Shown piece by piece: positions 45,550-55,930 of a DNA stretch of 64,000 bases; position 1 is the first letter of the stretch; each line of letters starts with the position of its first letter. A model generated the notes under the pieces. The model did not search any database. It saw nothing but the letters and a program-made list of their open reading frames with translations, and was not told where the DNA came from. Source of the stretch: Marsupella aquatica (lineage: Eukaryota; Plantae; Marchantiophyta). The translations under genes and the position numbers were made by a program. The stretch is from NCBI GenBank assembly GCA_973895155.1, contig OZ316894.1:14025580-14089579 (forward strand), in the 5' to 3' direction.

Positions 45550-45708
45550 GAGGGATTTGCTTGGTGGGACCCCAAATGAAAATGTTTTACTTGATAGGAC
45601 CCCTGAGTGATCCACACCGTTGATTTACCTTGAATAGACGGACCTAAACTTTCAAGGGTCCAATTAAGTAAAACATTTTCATTTGGGGTCCCACCAAGCA
45701 AATCTCTC
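45550..45708. mobile_element. Fold-back MITE-like element (about 160 bp)
   Basis: Terminal inverted repeat GAGGGATTTGCTTGGTGGGACCCCAAATGAAAATGTTTTACTT / AAGTAAAACATTTTCATTTGGGGTCCCACCAAGCAAATCTCTC, with 1 mismatch in 43 bp. No clear TSD. Confidence 0.75.
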
Positions 45709-46931
45709 TTGTCCTACCATACTTGCTTGTACTTGAGAGGCAAAAGGGGAGATGGCCCACCTGAGCTTGTTGAGCGACAATGACCAGCCATATTACAAGA
45801 ATTGTAACAGTGTATGGTCAATTCTGTCCTGTGTATCTTTCATTTTGTCCTGGAGCCATCAATCAGATTTTGAGAAAACAGTGGATCCAATGGAAGGAGA
45901 GTCCAAATTTCAGTGATTTAAGTACATACTTGCATTGTCCAAGATAATGAGCTAACCCATATTCTACAGTGAGCTCAACTGGCCATCTTCTATCTAGGAA
46001 AGTTTTCTTCAGTGGTCTGATTGCACTCTTCTCTGAAACCTTCATAGGTAGACAGCTTATCAGGCTCGTTTCTGGTCCTTTCAGCCCCTTGATACATTCC
46101 TTTCTCATCCTTGTGTTTCAAATTTTCATCACAGGAAACTGAAAACATGGGGATTGATTCCTTTCTCATCAGTGTGTTTCAGCTTCCAATGAAATTCACC
46201 GGGTTTGTGTTCTACAACAAAAATGTTCACATGGTGTGTGTCAACATTCAAGATAATTCCTTAAAGAATGCAAATTTTGGCATCTCGTTCCTTTCGGATA
46301 TGAACTTGTGACAGAAGCTACCACCATTCTTTTTCAAGAACCTGCGATTTCTTTGGGGTGCTGTAATCTTATGTAGTGTGGTAAACCATTGTGAATGTGC
46401 TCAACTAGAAAGGGACCGCAAGCCAAGGCATGAAGGCAACCAGAATCAACCCAGCCCCCAATCCCAGCTGCATAGTAGATAACGGCAAGCCATCCAAGAG
46501 GAAGGTCAGCACAGAAATTCAGCAAGACAATTGTTTATGCTCTTAAACTCAAAGTCCCAACCAGTGTACATTACTAAGCTGGCTCTTTGCTAGGAGCTGA
46601 TCAAATGCGATCCAATTCAGCAAAACAATACAGCTTAACGAGAATCCGCACCTACTCAAGAAGGGAAGTAGCATGGGCATAATGTGATTTTCACATCCAA
46701 GATCCACAAAAAAGTCATCGACCATTGCATTGATCCCAAAATAAATTCCATCACATTAAAATGGCCCTCAGATGTGCAAACTTGAACTGATCAGATCACC
46801 CGTTGCTGCACGTTGTGTTCTCCCATTCTCGAGATTGCCAAATTTGGAAATAATTCCTCTGAAACATAGTCTCTCATAATTCTGAATGGTGGGGAGATTC
46901 CAGAATCAAAAAATCTGTGGCATCGAGTTTT

Positions 46932-47279
46932 TGTTAGGATTTACTCTTAGGTCTAGAGTTACGACTGTACCATAGTTAAGGCTAACCTTAGTCACAGACT
47001 TGGTTAGGTTAGTCATGCTGTGCACACTCTATAACCAAGTGGTGTTTGCTTGGAGAGTGGGACTCAGGCTCATTGTTACGGAGGTAGTTGAGAGATAGAG
47101 GGAGCTTGCGTTGTGGATGCTTGGTATGGCCGGTCGACCTAGAGTGCAGTAAAGCTCATGTGTGTTCCCGTGGACATAGCCTCATGTGGAGGTGAACCAC
47201 GTATCTCTCTATGTTGACTCTTGTGCGTTGGATGGTTCATGGGCTTGCCGTTGCGATTGTCGTGAGTCTATGATCAGCA
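46932..47279 (+). mobile_element. Solo LTR (348 bp) related to the copia LTRs
   Basis: TG...CA ends and a 5-bp TSD GTTTT (46927-46931 and 47280-47284). It shares GGCTCATTGTTA.GGAG, CAGTAAAGCTC, TGTGTTCCCGTGGAC and GGAGGTGAACCACGTATCTCT with the 8515 and 30711 LTRs. Confidence 0.9.
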
Positions 47280-48744
47280 GTTTTGACAAGTGTCTTTCAA
47301 TGGTGATTACATGGTTACCATATGTGGTTTAACATAACTATCCATGTGTAGACTTGTCAAATGGTTTGGTTGATTATCAAGTGGTTTGGTTAATTGTGTT
47401 GAGCAATTCATCCAATCATTTAAAATATACACACGGTATACACGCACTAGAAGAAAACGTCCCCTTTTGAGACCCTATGCTTTGTGACTTTAGGGAGACT
47501 TTCAAAAATACATGACTCCAAGTTTAGGGGAGTCATTGTTGTTACATTTTATCAACTGATTTTTGGGGGATATTTGTGAAAGTCATTCCTACAACTTCTG
47601 ATAAAGTAGCAATTGTAACACTAGTAGGGCAGTCATATGTAAGTTGAATAAGCTACTCTCCATTACGGCATTCTGAAATAGAGTGCAAGAAGGATTACAT
47701 GCACTCTAGACATCACGGAATGTTCCATTTACAACCCTTGACTTGCAACTTGCAGAGTCGGGAGCACTAGGTGCACATAGAAGGAATGGGGGTTTAGGGT
47801 TGCAGAACTAGTTAAATGTCTTCATGTCAAGAGCATTGTAGCTAGTTATCCTAGCTAGCCTAATTAAACGTGCATGGGAGTACTTGCCTCTATAATAGTA
47901 AGTCTTATGCTGCTCAATGGATTCCTTAGAGTTCATGGGCAACTTTGACAAGAATATTGGGGTGATATCATTTTCAATTCAGGGCTAAAGTAGTGTCTGG
48001 CCCCCATTCTTTGTCCACCCTCCTAAGTGGCATGTGTAAGGGTTAATTTACAGTTGCGTTCTAAGAGGTTACAGTTGCTTTCATTTAATCTTTGCTCACA
48101 AAGTGTCGTGTCCAATTTGCTTTAGGGTACTAACATGTGTATCAACGGCTCATGTCAACGCAAAGTGGTCGAGGGGGTTTGGTTCACTAAGTGTCACTAA
48201 GTGTTAAGGTATGCTTTGTGCGTGAGTGTGCCTTTGGACACGAGTTTAGGGTGCGCGGGTTTTGTTTAGGGTTTAAACACGCCAGTAGAGTGCAAAGTTC
48301 AGTTCAATGTGCGTGGGAACTCGGAGGGTTTTGTTTCAGAAAAACTCACTTGTCCATTACGGGGACATTCGTCGTGCCTGAAGGTCGTCACATTGTGCGC
48401 GGTCTCACAAAGTGGGGAGTGTGCTTCGCGATCGGGGCAGTTCCTTCGCGTAGGGGAGTTTTGCGCTTGAAGCTTGAAGGTTTACCTTCAAAGCTCTAGA
48501 GCATTCAAGCTGAGAGGGCGACCGGCTTGCGGAGTGGAGAGGTGAGCTGTAGTGGACGATGAGCTCTAGGACTGGGAGGAGCTATGGGCGGGCAGGAGCT
48601 GCAATTTGGGAGCTGCTCTGGCCGCCGGTCTGGCCGAGGAGCTACGAGCGGAGAGCAGCTGGAGTGGAGCTCGAGCGGAGTGGAGCTGGAGTGGAGTGCT
48701 TCTGTCACACACTGCTGAGGATTGCTACGTAGCTTCAGTTTGGG

Positions 48745-48965
48745 CGGCGGTGCGAGCAGAGGTGCTGAGAGCGGCTCAGGTGCCAAAGGAGGTGGTGCGA
48801 GCGGAGGTGCGAGCGGAGGTGCTGAGAGCGGCTCAGGTGCCAAAGGAGGTGCTGAGAGCGGAGGTGCGAGCGGAGGTTCTGAGAGCGGCTCAGGTGCCAA
48901 AGGAGGTGCTAAGAGCGGAGGTGCGAGTGGAGGTGCGAGCGGATGTGCTAAGAGCGGAGGTGGTA
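48745..48965. repeat. GC-rich compound tandem repeat (GGTGC(T)GAGAGCGG / GGCTCAGGTGCCAAAGGA units)
   Basis: The repeated blocks give low-complexity ORFs in several frames (GGASGGAESGSGAK on plus, APEPLSAPPL on minus). Confidence 0.85.
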
Positions 48966-50680
48966 AGAGAGGTGCTATTGGATCACTGAGAAGGCTACAA
49001 CCTCTCTATCTTATTCCTACTATCTGGCGGTTGCAGTTGGAAGGAGGGTCGAGTGGCGAACATTTTGTCAGTTGAGGACTCAGCTACGGGTTTGTCATTT
49101 CCTAGAGCTCAATCGCTTGCTACTAAGACTACTGTTGCTGCAATTGCAAGTTGCTTGATCATGAGCTACCTAGCTCCATTGTGAGTTGCCTCCCTATTCT
49201 CCTTGTTCTCCCTGTCTCCCCCTTGCTTGCAGTTACTATCGCCAGGAAGAATGTGTTTGGCCAAGATGCTAGATTGTGACTTGTCTTCTTGCTTCTAGCT
49301 CGTGTATATGCTCGCATCCGTGGGGGTTCCTCGAGTTTGAGTCTGCAGAGGAAGAGTCTATCATAGTCTAATTAAATGTGGGCCATATTACTCTGGTCAA
49401 TGAATGAGTTCCCTGGAAATAGAACCTCTCTGATTATAGAGGTGTGATTTGGTCAGAATTTTTTCCCCTCTCATTGTATCCACTGATGCCAACTCACTTT
49501 CATCACCTCAATTCTGAACAATGAGCGTAGTCTCAGGCTCCATACTGCCTATACTGAATGGTCTAGTTGCGATGTCCACCTCGGCTGAAGTGAGCTCTGA
49601 CTTGGAGCCTTAACATTTGTGTTCTGTGGGGCTGATTAGAGTTGGTTCCGTCCAGAAGCTGCTCTACTGAAGTGATAGAGCTCCGGCTTGGAGGTGGATC
49701 TTCACTTTTTTGTGGGTCTGAGTGACTTCTGTCTAGCTGGGCTTAGCTGAGTCAGTAATACATTCAAAAGAGGTGAGTATCCCTGACCAACATTTATTTA
49801 CTCTTGACCACGCCAAACTAATGGCGCTTCAATTTGAACTTTCTAAGTCTGACTGCTGACTCCGCTCCTTAAAACCTACCTTAATTATATTCATGTCTTT
49901 CTTTTGTGCATGCGCATAATGTCTTTCATTCAGTTTAACATTAAATGTGAGACAGGGCTGCATCCAGCTCTTCTAGATGACAAGAAGGCATTGATCAGTT
50001 GCTTTTTGATCTTTCCTCACCAAACAAGAAATCTTTCTTACAAGAAACCTGTCTTACAAGAAATCCAGCCTGGCCGAGAAGCTGCAAGTGGGGAGGATGT
50101 CTGTAGAAATTTGTAAGGAGTGGTTTGTCTCACAATGCCATTGTTGATGAAACCTTGCTTCTGCTGATGAAACCTTGCTTCTTCTTAATCCAATGCTTGC
50201 TGCCTTGTTACAACGTTTGTCTAGTTGACCGCTTCAGTGCCTATTCTTCATTTCCTGTTGTTCCATTTTTGGAAATTTATGCTTAAGGAACCTGCATTTC
50301 CTTCCCTGTCCCCATGCTATCTCCACTGCACCTTCCACTGCTAGCTATGTTGATTCCTTCCACTGCTAGCTCTAGACAATGATGCAGTCCAAATGCTGAT
50401 CAGTCTCACTGGGGGTGCCGGTGCAGACACAACTCGCACTGTGTGATTGTAGTTTTGCTTTGTCGGGACGAATGTGTTTGGCTAAGATGCTAGATTGTGG
50501 CTTATCTTCTTGCTTCCATCTCGTGTATATTCAATTAGTAGAAGCTGGGAACGAAGTGAAAATTGAATTTCCTTATATTAAGCATCCTGACCTAGAAACT
50601 CAATACATAAACTCCTGGAGTCCCTCGGGACATAAAATGAGCCAAATTGTTTCAAAATTGGGAACCTGCACCCGCACTAC

Positions 50681-51022
50681 TCAAACAAATGTGTTGGGCT
50701 TGGTGGCCTTGTAAGTCGTCTTTAGCTTTCGCGATGGAGGTTGAATCTTGCGGTACGTCAAGGGGAACTTGATCTTTGAATCATGGAACTGCTTGGTACT
50801 TTCTCGCTTGCACAGAGAGACAGGGACTGTCGTAGTCTTGATGATCTGGATGCAAGGGAACCAAACTCTATGACAAGAAGCCATCTCATCATACATCTGC
50901 TCTACAGCGATGTTCAATGTGGTATCACGATATTTCTTGTACATGTTGGGATAACCTGTACGACTCTGATACCTCACCCAGATACCGAAGTTCTTAATTG
51001 TGGTGGGCTTCTTTTCAAAGAT
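50681..51022 (-). pseudogene. RPL18A: Captured last exon of a 60S ribosomal protein L18a (eL20) gene inside CACTA element 2
   Basis: ...cag|[37 protein letters not shown]...[18 protein letters not shown]...[17 protein letters not shown]...[13 protein letters not shown]. No upstream exons were seen, and several conserved residues are mutated. Confidence 0.92.
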
Positions 51023-52030
51023 CTGGTAGACACATTATTCAACATTTGCTAACTTCGAAACTAGAAGGGTAACACATTAAACAACAGAGAAACTCACAAC
51101 ATCCTCCTTTGGTCCTTCAGAGTCTGTACTTTGATTATGAAGTTTGACTGAGTTTCTGTTTACTGAAAGAATGTGATTGTGTAAGAGTTTCGTTTGGCAG
51201 TGGATTGGTTGAAGCACTTCATGCTAGTGTGTTGTCTACAGCTCTTCAACCAGCTTTCGTCTTCCTTGTCTTTCACCACTTACGATGACATCAATTCAGC
51301 TAAGACCATAGAAGGTTCCAAAGCATCTAACTTGTAAAATTGCATTCTGTTACATCAAGGACTAAGGTGTTGGGTGCCAAAGGAGACAACACAACAAACA
51401 CGCTGAAAAGACTTCAGGACTGGGTTCAACAAGGTAGTGAAGGTGCTTAGAGCCTAGTAAGTATGCATTCTGTATCTTTCTCTGTTGATGTGAGCTTGTG
51501 CATAATGGGAGTTGTAGTTGGCAAGAGTTCCAAATATGAATAGATCCAGAAGTATGTGATCATGTACTTGCTCTATAAAGTTCTGAAGATATAAGCATTT
51601 TCTGTTAGACCAGGCAACTTGGGAGTTGGTAAGTGTCACCTGCATCTGAGGGGCTACACCGGGGGCATCAGTGGAGGTTCACTTGCTCAACACGACAACC
51701 AGTGAATTTTCTCTCTGCTGCAACCTGCAAGGTGAGACTTTCGGTCTTTCTGGATGAAAAAACAGGATTTTAATACGATTGATATACATGTCCATCGAGA
51801 ATATGGGTTTATCACCAAGCTCTTTGTCTTAGGAAACTCATAAACTCAGAATCAAATATATACTATGCACGTTTCATGCTATGTGTATACTATGACCTGT
51901 AGTTGGAACCAAGACAATGAGTGGGAACTGATTAGTTTAGGTGGTTGCTGTTGGCGAGGCAAGTCGACCTCCTGCTCACCTTGCTCATCAAAGGACGTGA
52001 ACAGAGGACATCACAACGAAAGCAACACTT

Positions 52031-52480
52031 ATGGTGAGGACCCGCAACGCTGAACATGTGCGACTTGCACGCAAGGCAGAGATATTGCGCCTTGAGTATG
52101 TCAGACTTGGGATCCTTCCAGCCCAGTCTGCATGGTACTTTGAGTACCCTGTTGTTTCCAGGAACAACTACAGCCGGCCTCTACCTGCTTCAGTACCCTT
52201 CCCGACATCCTTGGTATTTCTGTCTCTTGTACATGACCCGCCACAAATTAGGTGCCAAGGGTGTGTACACAGTTGCCAATATGACTGTCCTGCCTGTAGG
52301 GCTTCTGGCCCAGAATTGGATGACCGTTCTCTTGGATGCCGATTTTTGCACAGAGCACAATGTATCATCTGGAACCACTCGCCATCCTGTAGTGTGCCTG
52401 GTGATGTCACTTGTCCTGCCCTCCCAGACCCCACCACCGGTGACTTTGGTGTCTACACATGTTTGGATCACATGCTCTAG
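52031..52480 (+). CDS. Cargo ORF A, copy 2 (orphan Cys/His-rich 149 aa)
   Basis: 138/149 aa identical to 15382-15831. Confidence 0.6.
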   Translation: MVRTRNAEHVRLARKAEILRLEYVRLGILPAQSAWYFEYPVVSRNNYSRPLPASVPFPTSLVFLSLVHDPPQIRCQGCVHSCQYDCPACRASGPELDDRSLGCRFLHRAQCIIWNHSPSCSVPGDVTCPALPDPTTGDFGVYTCLDHML

Positions 52481-53097
52481 AGGACCACTTGTCACACCGC
52501 ATGCACAGACCAGATACCATTGACCTATAGCTTAACACTCTGACTTCAACACAGAGGATATTTACTTAAAATTTTGATGTATGAGCAATTTTGGGTCCAG
52601 GGTTTAGGGTCAACAGTACATAACTTATATCCTATTATGCCTGCACTAAGCAAAATATCCTAATTTAAGAGGCTAGCAAACTCGCATAAAAGTCTCTATT
52701 GAAAGACTGCTTTCATGACTGCTTTAACCTGGTGAACATTGCAACGTTCAATGAATTAATGGGCCATGTGATAACCTGTAAAATGTGATTTATGCATCAC
52801 TTATTTGTCTCAGCCACTATCATAGCCTATTTAGGATGTATAAATTTCAACCCTTATGACACTGCTTCATACCAATCCTCTTCGAAGAATGCGCGTTTTA
52901 CATGTCACGACTATTGTATGTGATTCAAATGCATGAAATGTTGTTGCAGATCTCCTTTGGTGAATCATAGCCACAATTAAAATTGAGGTGTTGGTGGAGC
53001 AATTGTATTAGGGGATCAGGTTTGTGTGTGGGCTCAACATACCAAAAGTATGTCTGCTCTGCATCCTTGTGTGGCCATTCCAATTCATTGCAGTAGC

Positions 53098-53241
53098 AAA
53101 TGCCTTTGTACCTTAAATGCTAAATATATTTTACTTTATGTGCAGTCTGCTAAATTGTAGAGTCTATCTAAATGCCTTTGTACCTTAAATGCTAAATATA
53201 TATTACTTTATGTGCAGTCTGCTAAACTGTAGAGTCTATCT
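53098..53241. repeat. 72-bp tandem duplication in the putative intron upstream of the PHD ORF
   Basis: AAATGCCTTTGTACCTTAAATGCTAAATATAT.TTACTTTATGTGCAGTCTGCTAAA.TGTAGAGTCTATCT occurs twice. Confidence 0.9.
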
Positions 53242-53252
53242 CATGCGCAGGC

Positions 53253-53933
53253 ATGGCACGACCTAAAATTCAAGCCAAAAAGCGTGTGACAAAGGTGAGA
53301 AACACAGGTGTACTTGGGGCAGATGCTACTAACTTCTCTGCAAGTCAGATTTTCCAGAAGGCAGCTCATTGTTGTGCCATTTGTGACGATGGTGGGGGCC
53401 TGGTCATTTGTGAGGGCCCTTGCATGAGGCATTTCCACCTCAACCCGGAGTCTGACCTTGCTGCAGAAAACAACTGTCCAGGGGTGGGCCTCCCGTCAAC
53501 ACACCAGGGAGACTGGATGTGCACTGATTGTTTGGAGAAGCAGGCTAAGTGTGCACAGTGTGGGAAGTTGGGGTCCTATGAGGGCTCTATTGATGCTGCA
53601 GCAAATGTTAGGAAATGTCCAGACCGTTTTTGTGTGAGATTTTTCTGTTTTGAGTGTTTGCCTGCTCATGCCACAGCTTGCCCACTTCATAGGTGCAAGG
53701 CATGTGGTGAGCATGATCATGAGTACTGGACTGACATAGTCCACTGTGCTAGGTGTCCCACCATGTGGCACTATCATTGCCTGAAAGATCGTCAAGCAGA
53801 GGGTTATGCTTGTGATAGAGAAATCTATGATCACTCTGCACATGGTGTTGATCGATGGATATTTTATTGTCATCGCCATGCCATTGATCCTACCTCACGC
53901 ACTCCTGTGAGAGATCACATATCTTGGCTGTGA
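53253..53933 (+). CDS. Cargo ORF B, copy 2 (EDM2-like composite PHD finger)
   Basis: 226 aa, about 193/226 identical to 16501-17181 (hand count). All cysteines are retained, and it ends in TPVRDH. Confidence 0.9.
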   Translation: MARPKIQAKKRVTKVRNTGVLGADATNFSASQIFQKAAHCCAICDDGGGLVICEGPCMRHFHLNPESDLAAENNCPGVGLPSTHQGDWMCTDCLEKQAKCAQCGKLGSYEGSIDAAANVRKCPDRFCVRFFCFECLPAHATACPLHRCKACGEHDHEYWTDIVHCARCPTMWHYHCLKDRQAEGYACDREIYDHSAHGVDRWIFYCHRHAIDPTSRTPVRDHISWL

Positions 53934-54525
53934 AGCTGAACATTGTACATGCACAGTGCACCTGATGTGGATGTACTATTTTTTGAGATTGCAGAGATTC
54001 CAATTTTGAAAAGGAGTTGGGTAGGCGAGTTTATATAGGCAGCACTTATCTTGTGCTCTGGCGTCAGTGGCTGGGTACATGCCTATAAAAACTTATCCTT
54101 ACAAGCCTTCTTGGAAGTATTTAGGCTGAGTGGTCATTTTCATAAACACTTTCATCAGACTGCTAAATTAAAACAGGACTTCTAAGTTGTAAGCGTATAA
54201 ATTATCAGGCATGCGATTAATCAAATTGCTCTATAAGTTTGTCATTGAACGTATCCTCCTTTACAACAAAATATGTATGTGCCATGACAAGTTGGTTGCA
54301 CTTCATTTCACCTTCGATATGGATTTTGTAGTATATATTCAAACAATGTCCTGCATCCGTGCAGGTGCCTAGTACGTATTGTTCACATATCCCTTGTACC
54401 TATCAAAATCGGACCTGAGCACCAGTGGGCCAGATCAACTCAAAAAGCAGGAATTTTGTTGTCCTTGTATTGTCAGGTGAACCCATTCTTCCAAAATTCA
54501 CTGTCATCACGTAGGGTGTGTGTAC

Positions 54526-55398
54526 ATGGAGCCTGGGAAACGTAGAAAGTGTGACCACCCAGCAGTGTTTACAGGGGTCAGAGCCATTTTGGTCCATGGC
54601 CAGCATGGGTTGACCAAAGTGCATTGGCCAACTGTACAGAAACAATTCTCTGAGCTCCATGGCACTGTAGTTCAGGACATCACTCCAGAGACTACACATG
54701 TTGTTGCAGGGACATGGCTATCAGTGATAAAGAAGTGGTCATGGTCCTACATGAATTCTGCAATTACTAAGCAAGGCCTAAAAGTAGTTGAGGCCTCTTG
54801 GATCACAGATTCCATGGCACATCAGATTGTACAGGATACTAAGCAATATGAGCTGTGGGAGGATGAAGAAGCTACTGCATCAGCTTGGGCTGAACAAGAA
54901 GTCTGGGAAGCAAAGGCACGGCTTGCTGATGTCCAATATGGACCTGTACTCAACAAAGGACAGAGCTCTAGAAGGCTGAAGAGTATGTTGGCTGAGGAGA
55001 CGAAGCAACCAACCCCCATTCTGAAAGGGCTGAGCATGGTATTTGTGGAGGCGGGAATTGGAGAGGTTAAGTGCAAAGTGTACAAGTCCACGGTGCTTGA
55101 CCTAGGTGGGACAGTTGAGGAGAATATAACAGAGGACACCACTCATGTCATTACTAAGTCATATCCCAAAGCCTGCCGCAAGTTTGGGAAGGGAGACATT
55201 CGCTTTTATGTCATGTCCCATAATGTGTTTGTGGTTTCATATGCTTGGCTTGTGGAATCAGTAGCAGCTGGGAAGTGTCAAAACCCAATGGACTATGATC
55301 TTTTTGAGGCCTGGCCACGGAAGGGTCAGGATCCTTACAGAGAGGACTATGAGACAACAAGTGAGGAATGGGTCATTAGCGATTCTGAATCAGAGTGA
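54526..55398 (+). CDS. Cargo ORF C, copy 2 (tandem BRCT)
   Basis: Two BRCT repeats (VFTGVRAILV...THVVAG...SWITDS and LKGLSMVFVEAGIG...LGGTVEE...THVI...AWLVES). Roughly 60% identical to copy 1 by eye. Confidence 0.88.
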   Translation: MEPGKRRKCDHPAVFTGVRAILVHGQHGLTKVHWPTVQKQFSELHGTVVQDITPETTHVVAGTWLSVIKKWSWSYMNSAITKQGLKVVEASWITDSMAHQIVQDTKQYELWEDEEATASAWAEQEVWEAKARLADVQYGPVLNKGQSSRRLKSMLAEETKQPTPILKGLSMVFVEAGIGEVKCKVYKSTVLDLGGTVEENITEDTTHVITKSYPKACRKFGKGDIRFYVMSHNVFVVSYAWLVESVAAGKCQNPMDYDLFEAWPRKGQDPYREDYETTSEEWVISDSESE

Positions 55399-55930
55399 GG
55401 AGTAGTAGCATCAGTTTGGACACAAGTTTTTTTGTATAAATCAGATCATTGAAATAAATGTGATCTTTGAACTAATGTACCTTGTTATGGTTGGTTGGAG
55501 TTGGGCTTATTTTACTGTTGGCGGATTGTTGTTTCCTGCTGCCTGGGGGTGTCACTGTAAACGTACTGGGTGGGCTCAAATCTCGGCGGTGAGATATCTG
55601 ATACCGCTCTCACACCTATGCCTATGACTATACATGATTGGACTCTGATATGGTCATGGGTGTACATGCAGAGGCGGTACATTTGAGGACAGTTGTGGAG
55701 GTGGTGACACCCTCAAACATTGAGGAATTTTGTGTCATTCACTTGACAATAGGTACACTACTCGCAAACCTGTTTTTTTCTTTTGGGGTGGTTTAGGGTT
55801 TGTGAGAATTTATTACACATTATGTTAACTCTTTTGGCACATACAGTCAGGGATATATGGAACATAAATACCACCATTAGGCATCCCTGTTCACTGCTTT
55901 CCATGACTGCAGAGCTTCCAGCCTGTTACA

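Noticed and set aside
45840-46920. Possible gene fragments on the minus strand next to the solo LTR
   Set aside because: All frames are interrupted by stops and no family motif was recognised.
50681-50977. 98-aa RPL18a ORF as a functional ribosomal protein gene
   Set aside because: It lacks the N-terminal exons and ATG, has substitutions at conserved residues, and lies within a transposon.
52056-52523. 155-aa overlapping +1-frame ORF over cargo ORF A
   Set aside because: The equivalent frame in element 1 is broken by a stop at 15662-15664, while the ORF A frame is intact in both.
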